From Catajapyx aquilonaris (taxonomy: Eukaryota), in contig KZ539116.1 of NCBI GenBank assembly GCA_000934665.2, positions 47,694-67,693 on the forward strand: a stretch of DNA of 20,000 nt, read 5' to 3'. The translations under genes were made by a program, and so were the position numbers. Below, piece after piece: positions 1 to 11,103 of the stretch. Numbering within the stretch: position 1 is the stretch's first letter; every line of letters starts with the position of its first letter. Under the pieces are notes generated by a model. That model did not search any database. It saw only the letters and a list, made by a program, of their open reading frames with translations, and was not told the DNA's origin.

Positions 1-56
1 ATGTAAGTGACTTGGATGGCGGGGCGGAGAGCTGTTCGGTCACACACCAGATCCCA
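1..56 (-). CDS. SLC22 transporter, third coding exon (partial, runs off window)
   Basis: Acceptor ttttgttttag ends at 57. Reads WDLVCDRTALRPAIQVTY, completing the conserved E|WDLVC motif in phase 0. Not in the ORF track. Confidence 0.92.
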
Positions 57-566
57 CTAAAACAAAATTGGGATAATTGTTGTTTTCTCCAGCTTTTGTG
101 AAATAATACTAATAAGTTTACACCTGATGACTGGGGCTTCTATGTATAGATCCTCTTTCTTCTGCTAATTTCAGCTCATACTTGAGGAAAATCAAGTTGC
201 ATACCCAATGCTGCTGAACACAAGGCTATTCACTATACGTACTGGCTGGATCCCCTCTCCTTTCCCCCCTAGAATATGCATATTAAATGCGACATTAAAA
301 TAATTTTTGAAGAGGCCTGAGGGGTAGGGAACTCGGATAATCTATTCAGCACGCGAAGTTAAAATTCAGAAAATGAGGTTAAAGGGGGAAGAAATTTAAA
401 CATACGCCACCAATATGTGGACTCGTCTTCAGAAACCCTTGGCTTTCCCCACATATCATTATGCTATTAGTAACATGCACATCCTGTACGCGCTCGGGGA
501 AAAAGCTGGGTTCCTATAAATATTCCACATTAATTGGTCTCCGCAGGTTGTGTCCTTATAACTCAC

Positions 567-744
567 CTCCATGACCGTGGTGGACGAGAATACGGAGGTG
601 TCATATTCCCACGTACTGCATGGCACCTGGCGGTCCCTCTTGGCTAATAATATGGCTTCTTCATAGGAATGATGAGCGAGCTCCGCATAGTCCAGGTAAT
701 ACATGTAGCAACGACTGTGAAGTATTTTTCCATTGCGATCTTCC
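567..744 (-). CDS. SLC22 transporter, second coding exon (extracellular loop)
   Basis: Acceptor ttcag at 749-745; AT+G joins in phase. Encodes (M)EDRNGKILHSRCYMYYLDY...VPCSTWEYDTSVFSSTTVME, with the SLC22 'C..W.YD.S.F.ST.V.E' motif. Donor GTGAGT at 566-561 (phase 0). Confidence 0.93.
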
Positions 745-994
745 CTGAATCGAGACAAGCATAATTCTTAAAATGCAGCATATGACGAACATTATTATTT
801 TCAAAGTCTTACTATAATTATGATCAAGTATATGATAGTAATCTACCACTTCTCTCCCTCTCTCCACTTATACATAATGTATTTGATAAATCGTGCTATT
901 AACTACAGTACTTCCATATCCCAAAGTATGGCTGAAAAATATTCAAGATGACGCAACATATTACACCTGATCTATTGTGTATGTGTCTTACCCA

Positions 995-1625
995 CACTCA
1001 CCCATCTCTATGAGAAGTAACATTTTTTTCAATAATTTTATTTCTATCAAAACCCGCCAGTGTGACGTAAATAATTAATTTTTTTTGGAAAGCTTACTTG
1101 GGTATTTAAGTCACAAAAGGACGGAAAGGCAAAGCAGTGCATCGGACCCAAAATACATTTTGTGGCCGTATTCCCGATGGCGAAATGCGTTAAAGCTTGT
1201 TTGAGTTGCTCCAAAATGTAGCGGCAATTCTGTATTACTGCCTGTTTCATGGCTACTAGATTCCATTCTTCCATGACATCAACGTTCGTGTAAGCTCATG
1301 CAAGAATACGGCATGTTCTTGTAAGTGAGTCCCTGAGATATAACACACCGAAAAATTATGCAATTTAACATTTCATATCTATGCCTGTTTCAATATCACG
1401 TACAATAGTGCAGCTTCATGGGCATTGACGTCATGGAAGAATGGAATCTATAGTAGCCATGAAATAGGCAGTAATTACCCCCAACATTTTGGAGCAACTC
1501 TGACACGCAATAACCCGTTAGGTCGAAGATTGTGATTATTTACATCACACTGAAGCATTTTGATTGAAGTAAAATTATTGAACAAAAAAAGTTACTTCTC
1601 ACACAGGTAGCCGGATGAGAGTGTA
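995..1625. mobile_element. Degenerate foldback/MITE-like element with long inverted arms
   Basis: 1011-1076 is the inverse of 1535-1601 (tgagaagtaac / gttacttctca). About 1187-1296 is the inverse of about 1405-1517 (e.g. tagattccattcttccatgac / gtcatggaagaatggaatcta). Ends and TSD are not resolved. Confidence 0.7.
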
Positions 1626-2292
1626 GTTGATTGTTATCGACAGCCTATCATTTCCCGGTAGTGGTTGCGCAACTTGCCATTCTCCTTGACTTCCTTACCC
1701 AACGTGTCTAAACGAGCATGCTTCAAGTGCATCTCGAATTGCACCAGGCAATCAAACCCTTCCGTAAGATGTTTATTGTGAAAGGTTACGCAAATTATAC
1801 TAAGAAGATTATGCCCCAAACCAGGCAACCCCTCGTATCGATTGGGACACTATAAGCAATCAGCACATCACTAACCCCAAAATCAGTAATAAAAGTCAGC
1901 AGTAAAAAATTAACAAGACAAGCAAGATTGTACTGAATTGCTTTTTCGCCCTCTCTTAACACTAAGTAGGCTATTAATTGACGACTCAGGTAACCGCGAA
2001 AAAATTGTGTGTCATCAATTCCCCAATCCTAATAGCAACAATTCATTTTGGGGGCCGTATGTTAAGACCTTAACGTATACTGTTATTGAGCAAACCTCCA
2101 CACGTCAGCATTACGTTCGTCAATATTGCGATTATAATGACACGAGGGAGGGCGGAGGGAGAGGGAAGGGCACACACTACAGATCATTATGAAACTAACT
2201 ACACCCTTGATAACATGAGTGCTTGTTGCTCAGTAACATAGCCTATCAATATTAATACTCTTTATATACCGTCTTGACGATATATTGCAACC

Positions 2293-2402
2293 ATGACGAA
2301 TTGCGACATTTTGTAGTATCAGTTGTTCAGTCTTTTAAGTATACATAGGCCTATACGTAAAAGACTGAACAACTGATACTACAAAATGTCGCAATTCGTC
2401 AT
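2293..2402. repeat. Near-perfect 110-bp palindrome (perfect 45-bp arms)
   Basis: 2293-2337 (atgacgaattgcgacattttgtagtatcagttgttcagtctttta) is the exact reverse complement of 2358-2402. The 20-nt centre is itself partly palindromic. Confidence 0.95.
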
Positions 2403-4405
2403 TGTCGCACTGCTGGTCATATATGGTACTGATTATTGATGGTGCAATTTCTACACAACAACTTTACAAGATGGGAAGATACACTGTACACTCCGGGCCT
2501 GTTGCACGTTTATTCTGCCTATATAATTTCTTTTTGGGCTCATAAAGAGGGTACATGCACTATATCCTTGCCCTGAAAACGCCACAGAGTGAGTGACAAG
2601 CCCATGAAAACGCGATTTGTTCCCTGCCTATGATGGCAAAAGCCGAGTGAAACCAGTTCGGCTCACCACGTCGGTATCGCGGAACTAACGAGCATTTGAA
2701 GGACTGCTACCAGACGGCCACATGAAAACTGTCATGTGGATCACAAGGTTAGAACAAAAAAGTAATCTCAGGAGCGATCGACAGCCAACACATCAGGAAC
2801 AGTTCACCCAAAAAGCCACGTAATATTCGCGTCAGCGGAGGCAGCCACAACAAAATAATGAAATCGAGCCAAAGTGCCAATCAGGAAGCACAAATGAAGG
2901 GTATGCCCTAAACGAGCCCTCTATGTGAATGACCACATCACAGCAGTTGGCCCACAATTTCATCTTTGCATGCAATCATGACCTTCCACAGGTGTACCCC
3001 TATGTATCGCATGTTATTTCGACACTCCCCAATTTGAATCCGTGCACTGTACCATTTTAAAATTACAAACTACACACACGAGTTTGTACAAGCGACTATT
3101 TGTCAGATTCAAGTGTCACAAATTTAAAATTCATTATTTTTTTATATTTGCTGCCCTGGGTATATTTCCCGTCACGCGATACATCGCTTGTATTCATTCG
3201 TTTTGGCTGCATGTTGTGTAAGGGCCAAGGGAAGAGGTGCGCGTGTATCATCACGCCTAGTAATTGGCAGCAGCTTGTTTTTGTGCTTGTACACGTGCGT
3301 AATGACATGCATGCAGTCAGTATTGAAGTGGCAGCCAGCAGATTTGTTGCTGCATTGATGTCCCACCTGTTATGCGAGGCTGCTGGCTGCTGGCCATCAG
3401 CAAATACATGTAGAGGGAATACAGGCATATATACACATGCAATCAGCTCAACAAAACAGGACATGCATTTTCTATCTATTATTCAGTCCTAATATTACTA
3501 TCAGATCCGGTATACCATAAATGGTGTGGTAATTTGCCGCGACTTTAACTGTTACTACCATATGGCCAGAACCGGTCTATTGCATGATCCTGCGGTACCT
3601 CGTAAATGAGCGTTGTAAAAATTCTTCTCAAAATACCACTCTATTTCTGTCAAACTTGTTGCACATTACAATAAAATATGATATACTGTATATTGGTTCC
3701 GTCGGATGTCCCAACACATTTACGTCTAATAATTGTTCTAGTAATATTTCATCACAATTAAAGCTGCAATTGATGACTAGTAATGGACACCATTTAACTC
3801 GGAATCAATTCATGCTTGGTGATTTTAAGTCAATGGAAGTGAATTGAAAACTGCTGGACACGACACGAATGAAATCAAACGGATATATCAGATAATAATC
3901 TTGTTGTACACCTTGGCGAATATCAACAACGTTCTTCCAGGGTCGTGATCTGATCAAGTCCACAATATTCAATAGGGAGGTACCGGAAAATGTAATGGAC
4001 TGTTTACCCCCAGCAACCTGTTACAAGAAACAGTCGGGATCATATATTCACTTGCCCTCAACATTGTTTCATCAATTTAAACTGGTTTCTGGGGGTGAAG
4101 AATCAATAATTTTACCCACCTTCTTTTAGACTCTGATGGACTTGGGCACTGAAACCAACCATAATTCTGCAACATATGTCATATAACGTAGGCAGTCCTT
4201 TTCTTACATGTTGGCATGGAATTAAAACAAAAGAATGTGAATGGAATGAAAAGTGAACGGAATTCAGTGGAGGCTGAATCGAAGGTGAATTAAATAGGAG
4301 TGGGCTATAGTCAAGGTGTGCCGCAAAGTTCGTGTATATGCGGGGGTTTCGAGGTGACCGCGTGACCCCCAACCTGTGACAACGATGGTCGGTTAGGAAA
4401 ATAAA

Positions 4406-5137
4406 CAGGGTGATCCGTTTGGGTAGGGATAATTTAAAATATGTATCATAATCAACACATAACCCGTACCAAGTTTAAATTCTGCCAGTTTGGCGAGGTA
4501 AGTTGGGAGATTCATGCACTGCACTCACAATCGGTGCACCTGATGCGTTGACCCTGCATCGTGACCAAAGAGGATGGATGTTGCATAACCCGCTGTATAC
4601 GGACCTTTTTTTCTCTGAGGACACCATACGATCAGGACCATATTTTGGCATGCTAAGATCTTCTTGGCACCATAACTGGACAACAATAGCATTTTCAGTC
4701 CAGCAAGACGGAGCCCCACCCTACTGGTCACTGGAAGTCAGGAAGTTCAATAACACTTTCAATGACAATTGGTGTGGCCGTGGCGGCATTATTCCTTGGC
4801 CTGCAAACTCCCCGGATCTCACTCCCACCTATTTATTCGTGTGGGGTTTGGAAGAATATCGTCTACGGAAAACGACCTCAAAGCCTGGATGACCTGAAGG
4901 TGAAAATTTCTGCAGCATTTGCACAAATCACTCCGGAAATGTTACCCAAAACATGTGGCAGGAATTGTGCACCCGGTATCAACTCTACCGAGTACACAAA
5001 GGGGGTCATGAGATCTACAGAGTCCTAGACAAACTCTCACTCATAAAGGTAATTTCTGCCTAATTTGGATCTATTATGTCTGTTACAACACATACCACAG
5101 CATTTAAAAATGATAACTACCCAAACGGATCACCCTG
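4406..5137 (+). mobile_element. Internally deleted Tc1/mariner DNA transposon, rosa/DD41D-like
   Basis: Perfect 21-bp TIRs CAGGGTGATCCGTTTGGGTAG (4406-4426 / 5117-5137). TA follows the right end; the left flank is AA. Contains a transposase remnant. Confidence 0.9.
4598..5012 (+). pseudogene. Frameshifted transposase catalytic/C-terminal remnant
   Basis: Segments in shifting frames: GPFF..; QQDGAPPY..WCGRGG..WPANSPDLTPTYLFVWG; KNIVYGKRPQSLDDLKVKISAAFAQITPEML; RYQLYRVHKGGH. No N-terminal HTH is recognisable. Confidence 0.88.
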
Positions 5138-5639
5138 TATTTTACAGGCGCTGAAGCCGTGAGTCTTGAGAGACACTATTGCAAAGTCAAAAGGCATAAT
5201 ACAGCAGTGGTATTACCTATTAAAAACCTATCATGTCTCAGTTATAATCTGCTGGTGCATGGCAGCGAAATTGTCCAGGTATACAGTGTGAGACACAATA
5301 GACAGTTCATCCAGTCGCCAGTAGTAGATTATCATAAGATGTCTAAAATAAGTATAAGAAAATCAAATATCGAGAAACCAACCGGTAAAGGTGTAAACGA
5401 CGAGGAACGTAACTTTTTACTCGGGCTATGCTCTGTTGCTTGCGCATGAATACGTTCTATAGGAAAAGGTGCAATGCGGGTGGCCGCGCGTGTCTAATGG
5501 GCACCCAAATCGTCACCTTCGTCTACGTCGTTAACAGTTGACGACTCGCCCATTCATTTTCGACTCATTTCGGTATTATTTTGGGTAGTATTATCTTGTA
5601 GTGAAAGAATCAAGATGTTTGTATTATATTGTGCCATTT

Positions 5640-6120
5640 CTATCGTTTTTATTCTTCTTCTATAGACATGAAATCATTTCTTAATGTATTTGTGTGGTAT
5701 AATATGTAATTTTTCTTGTATGAGTGTATAAATGTGGAATGGAATGTGAAGGCATTGTTGGTCGGCCAAGTGGCAGTTGCTGCAGGCCGACCCTGTTAAC
5801 CCTGGAACCGTGCCGTGCCTGAAAGTTACGGCAACCGTGCCGTGGGGTCTTTTCGGACCCCATCCATATTTTAATTTTTTTTAATTTTTATATAATACTT
5901 TTCAATGTATTGACTATACGAGTAGGCAATCATTCTTTGAACTATGCCTAAAATGATCGCTAATTCAAAATAAACACACACTTCCTGTTATATACTGTAA
6001 AAAAAATTGGAAAAAGTTCATTGTAATCATCATTTTAATCAATTTTAATTCCTTGGGGTCCAAAAAGACCCCACGGCACGGTTCCAGGGTTAAATAAAGC
6101 TGATGATGATTATGATGATG
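5640..6120 (+). mobile_element. Probable 3' end of a non-LTR retroelement (LINE/SINE tail), interrupted by the piggyBac MITE
   Basis: T/G-rich UTR-like tract, then an 8-bp stem GGTCGGCC/GGCCGACC (5760-5792). With the MITE removed this is followed by TTAAATAAAGC and a (TGA)n tail (6101-6120). The 5' limit is approximate. Confidence 0.45.
5800..6089. mobile_element. piggyBac-type MITE (290 bp)
   Basis: TTAA TSDs (5796-5799, 6090-6093) and CCC...GGG termini. 18-bp TIR CCCTGGAACCGTGCCGTG. An internal inverted repeat AACCGTGCCGTGGGGTCTTTT.GGACCCCA is spaced asymmetrically at the two ends. Confidence 0.92.
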
Positions 6121-6702
6121 CGTGACAAAAGAGATCGCAATCGGGGGCAGCCTCAAGGAGTCATCGTCAGTGCATATAAATTATTAAATTTCACAACCTA
6201 CCATCATTGTCATAGGTCAGAGTCATCTCGAAAATCCCCCGTAGACGCAAGCAGTGCGGCGCACCTTGTATTTGTAATTCGGAAGTCGCATAGTCAACAT
6301 GACATTCGCGGCACTGCAGTCGTACTGTCGTCACAGCCTGCAGCATACCGTATTACACTCCTATACATTGCTAATTTTGTCACTGCCGGCGTTATACCGG
6401 TACATGCGTAAGGTATACACATACTGTAGCTGCATATGCATAAGCTATAGGACGGAAATAGATGGGGAGTCAAACTAGTACCGCTAACTGATGCTTAGTG
6501 ACACAAGGTATGATCTTGGAATCGCTAAGTGCACCTACACCTCCCGAGTTTAGTGTGCATGTGACACTCCTTGTGACGTATAGAGAGGTTTAGAGCAAGT
6601 CATTTTCAATCTTCCGTGATGCCATGCAGATAAGTCAGCTACCAGCATCCATCGCTTTTTTTTTTTTTTTTGGTTGGAATTCCACCCCCTATACCTCAAC
6701 GA

Positions 6703-6856
6703 CCTCAACTCAATAAGCGCGATAACTTATAGCGAAAAGAGCCTCGCAAAGACGCGGAGGTGTCCTATCACGTGTACATTTCGGAGGTATTGCACGTTGC
6801 GTCAAGTGCAACTCCGCCTGTTATAACCCTAAGTTGTCGCGCTTATTGGGTTACGG
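6703..6856. mobile_element. Small degenerate MITE (possibly Tc1/mariner-pogo type)
   Basis: aactcaataagcgcgataactta (6707-6729) vs taagttgtcgcgcttattgggtt (6830-6852), 21/23 inverted match. Inner gcggag/ctccgc pairing. The right end reads ...TACGG|TA. Confidence 0.6.
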
Positions 6857-7256
6857 TAGGATTAGGGTAGCATTAAGATAAGGCAATGGGTGACAGCTGA
6901 CTTACGAGGCTGAACGAGGTAGGCCTATGTATTGTAATGATTTGGGAGGGCATACTACAAATGCTGAAAAAAATTACACACGTTTGATCCCGAGGTTTTA
7001 CTTTTAATACCATTCGCATTTGAATGAAGCGCTTCTCCGTCATGCAAAACAGACATTTTATTGAACATAAAAATTATCTACTACGTGACTCGATAACAGG
7101 TAGCCTGCTAATCACTCGTGACCCATTAACAAACATACTGCAAGGATAACAGCATTGATGAGGAAGACGCACTGCTGCACATACGCACACCTGGGGTTAA
7201 ACATGACCCACACATATTACTGGAATAACCTAAATAAGCTACATTATATTATTATA

Positions 7257-7377
7257 CGAGGGCCGTACCAAAATGATTTACAATCCCCCCNCCCCCCCCC
7301 CCCCGAAAATACAGGGCATATGCTGGTCGGCAAATATAGGCACACGTATCGACAGAATCATTTTGGTACTGCCCTCG
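7257..7377. mobile_element. mariner-type MITE (~121 bp, contains one N in a poly-C tract)
   Basis: TA|CGAGGGCCGTACCAAAATGATT ... AATCATTTTGGTACTGCCCTCG|TA: 21/22 TIR match, TA TSD on both sides, mariner-like CGAGGG start. Confidence 0.85.
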
Positions 7378-7410
7378 TAATTCTGTATAATATATTATAC
7401 AGAATTACGA
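7375..7410. repeat. Perfect 36-bp palindrome
   Basis: TCGTAATTCTGTATAATA|TATTATACAGAATTACGA, with no spacer. Confidence 0.95.
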
Positions 7411-7726
7411 CGTTATTACAAAGAATTAAAAATAATTAAAAAAGTTACATAGAAATATATTTCTATATAACTTTTGTATTATATTCAGCACCCACCACAT
7501 CCTCTCCCCCAGGATGTCCACCGGATACCAACCACTGATATTTGATCCTCCACCTATAGGTAATATATACCAGCGTTTTGTGGTTTTTGTAACACCCAAG
7601 ATCCGCGAGTGCAGCTGTGCTGGTTGGTAGGTCATTGTCCATTGAAACACATCACAGCAACGAACCCGTATAGCAAGCAACAAGTGGGAAGGTTGTGACA
7701 GCATACAATATGCTGCAGCTACTTAC

Positions 7727-7944
7727 ATAGGGATGCTGATATTTTTTATCTGCTTCGTGGTCCAATTGGCGTCCCTGAGCTCGGGCACAGCGCACCAGTG
7801 GTCTGGTGCAGCCGAGTGCAGCATGTATCCCATGTTGTGGAAATCAAAAGAAATGCCTGCCAGAATGGTGGCCGTCAATAAGCTCCATTGCCATGGACCA
7901 AATTCACCCACCACCGAGAGTATGTCTTCAAACTTCTTCTTCAT
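7727..7944 (-). CDS. SLC22-family organic cation transporter (Orct-like), first coding exon
   Basis: Translation MKKKFEDILSVVGEFGPWQ...HSAAPDHWCAVPELRDANWTTKQIKNISIP shows the SLC22 N-terminal signature (F(D/E)xxLxxxGxFGxxQ, TM1, PDHWC). It ends at a GTAAGT donor (7726-7721, phase 2). A ttgttgttgcag acceptor lies 10 nt before the ATG (exon start 7954). Confidence 0.93.
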
Positions 7945-10900
7945 CCTGCCCTATCTGCAACAACAAATTGAGGCTCTGTGTTAATTGCGATCGCGTGAGA
8001 TACCGTGAGGAGTGTGCAAGTGAATAATTAACCTTCGCCAGTTTTCCTCCTCTATAGCTGTACGTGGAACTATGTGTTGTTGTTTTTTTAAAACATTCTT
8101 TTTTCCCGCTCACTCATCCCATTCACTTGAAGTGGCTTACAGTCATTGAGGTTATGACCAGAGGCTAATTAGTATGCACTTCAAACGAAGAAAAGCTTGG
8201 AGTCGGTTTTTTAAAAATCTAATGTTGTCTCCTCTTGGTCGCACTTCAATGCCACCCACACACCACTTGCACCCCTGAAAAGTGCATTATAATGAGCATT
8301 CTAGGGCACAATTGGCGTATGCTTGACATTCGAGAGGGACCCAAGAGGAGACGACATTTAATTTTTTTTCTGTCATAAACTTTTCTTTCCTCGGCAGAGC
8401 AAGCCTGCATTTCGGATCTGAACGAATTAATAAAATTACCGAGGAGTAATACACAGTACAATACACTGACTGATTAACGCATCCTTTTATGCAACTACCG
8501 CCACTCAAAAAACAAGTACGAACCTTCATAGCACGTGATTGCTTATATACTACTTCCATGAAACATATTCATAATCATAAATATTTCGTTGCAACCCATG
8601 TTGTTGACATATTCCATCGCATTGTCACATATAACTGATACAATACAACTATGAGTTATTCATAAACGTTTCCTTCAATATACAGCAACAACTGGAAAGA
8701 GTTTGAAGCAGCCAAATAAAACTCAAACAATTGCTTAATTAGTGCATACATCTTCGAATCGACCCTATAAACGTATTACAAACAGATATTCCAAGAGAAG
8801 ACCACCTTCTCGTACATATGTTTGCAAAGTAGTCTACTCATGAACATCACGATAATACAGTATAAAAATTTATCAGACTTCCCATCCTACATAATAAGAT
8901 ATACAAACACGTGTTTTTACACCCTCGTCACTGTATGGGTAGAAGCAGCAACACCATAAGTCACACTTTACACAGCACAACGGAAACGCCTACCATCAAT
9001 CGGTGATCTCCGTAATCCAAGACGCACACCGAAAAAGCACCTTAAGTCCAAAAGCCACAGAGAACAACAAGCGCGATCAAGGAGTCCCGTCACACATATG
9101 AGGGAAAAACCAAACGTAGAGAGTGAGGAAAAAAGGTCAGCAATTCCAGGAGCATTACGTGACCAGGCCCAGCAGCAGGTGGTACACTGTTCGAGATAGA
9201 GGCGATATGTATACATGATACAACAATGCTTCTTATTGCGCAAGTAACATCTGCATCAACACATTCATTATGCACAGTAATATTACCATTCGCCAAAATG
9301 TCCTCTTCCCGCCCATTTGCTCTTTCGCTCTACTCCTTCCTGCTGGTGGCCAATTAAGTCATCATCTCAAAAGAATATGTATAGCCTAAATTATACACAA
9401 AACCGACTGCTAATTGCTGTTATTATTTATTTCGTCCAGTTGATCCTTGATTATTTTTCATTAAAAAAAATTGTCCTTGGCATAAAAGGTCAAGTTGTAA
9501 ACACCAAAACTAACCATCTCGAAATAGTGACTTTCCAAAAGCACAGAAGTAAAAAAACAAGTCTGCCATACACGCCATAAAATGTATTCACATCCAGCAT
9601 GTATACAGTCGTGACAAGTGTCCCTCCCACTTCTTCACTCACACATTACGTAATTCCCCCTCCTATAAATAGAACTGGCATTAAAACCTAGATTCATCGC
9701 GCAAAAATGAATGATTGAAACTCGTTAAAAGAAGTGACTGTTCTTGACCTTTGGATCACAGCTTGATTCATCCAAAGGTCTCCACCCGCAAGCGTGGGAT
9801 GGGAAACTGGAAGGTGAAGAAACAGATCACAATCTTCGTGGAAAATTTTCAGGGAAGGTCGTGGGTATAGGAACAGGAGCGTCATAATATTACATACAAA
9901 AACTGGGCACCTCTTACGTATAGTGACGTCAAAGAAGATCTTCGCCAAGGCCGCCAGCGCCAGTGTAACCACTAAAAAGTTGTTCTAACACCAAACACTT
10001 CTTTCCTGCACGCAGCATCTATTGCTTTAAGTGCTCATTCGTGACCTGCACCACACGAGGTTGATACTGTGCGTATGGCAAAATCCTGCAGTACATTAGA
10101 CAATGGGAGAGTGCTGACTGCACAGAGGACACACATGAGCACAGGGCCTTGACCCTCATGTTAACATCCGTTGACAGCAGTTGCCGACATTGCTATTCGT
10201 TCATAGAACACAACTGTCTCATCAAGTCCGGCCTGACAGCATGAGATTTTTTGTATCCATATCTTATGTGGTACAGTCGCTTATGTACAACTGAAATGTA
10301 GTGGTTGGCGATTTTTGGAACTAAGCTGCTTATTTGCACGCATAGTTAAGAACAAATATTGCATGCTAATATTAGGCTGAATTGATTCACCTATCCTAGC
10401 TCTGAATTTCTGATAGGCAATGGCCCGTTCGAACTATTGGTAACTTATAGCTAATATATGGAATGTGAATAATAAAACCTAATTTCGGAGGACAGGCAGG
10501 GTGGGTCCACGTATAAGCAGCTTAGTGTCAAAATATCGATAACTACTACGGACATTTCAATTAGAATATCCTGTATATGTTTTATTTCGACCTTCCGTGC
10601 AGGCGTGGTATATAGTGTCAGAGGCTTGCGAAAACAGGTCATTAAATTGAAGTGGAAATAAAATACTACTGTAGGGGGTCCTAGCGGTCTTCGACCTTGT
10701 TGTTGTGATGGGACCCTTTTTTTCCTCTACAAAACTGCCCTCTCTAAAAAGAACTATCAGAGTACCTTTTTTTTTTTTAATGCGACTTCCGAAGTCATGT
10801 GAAATCAAACTCAGAGTCACGGTCCATCACACTGCCACATCCCCTGCTATGCCACCTGCCAGCGTGACGTACAGTTAATCCCTGTTCACACCGGCACTCA

Positions 10901-11048
10901 CACTACGATCCCTTCTGGCCTCAGACATCCCTTGATAGTTGATGATTCCGATCGGTCCGGAAACTCACTGAACCGGACATATAATAGTCTATTATCGCAT
11001 GCCGATTCCGAAAATAATGAAAACGGATGATGTTCTGTAGCCTTCAGT

Positions 11049-11060
11049 CAGAGAAATTTT

Positions 11061-11103
<43 letters not shown>

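Noticed and set aside
124..160. CTGATGA hammerhead ribozyme core (also CTGAAGA at 17748)
   Set aside because: No stem II followed by GAAA and no closing stems.
1047..1274. ORF starting MEEWNLV, similar to the SLC22 EWDLVC motif
   Set aside because: It lies in the foldback arm, is in the wrong order relative to exon 2 and lacks the Cys. The real WDLVC exon is at 56-1.
2542..3004. Possible TIR pair cataaagagggtaca / tgtacccctatg
   Set aside because: Short, gapped match with no TSD.
3096..3492. Overlapping 122-aa and 130-aa ORFs
   Set aside because: No recognisable domain, and they lie inside the transporter intron; consistent with chance ORFs.
3841..3960. Minus-strand QGVQQ resembling the RT GVxQG motif
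   Set aside because: Surrounding residues do not fit and no YADD motif follows.
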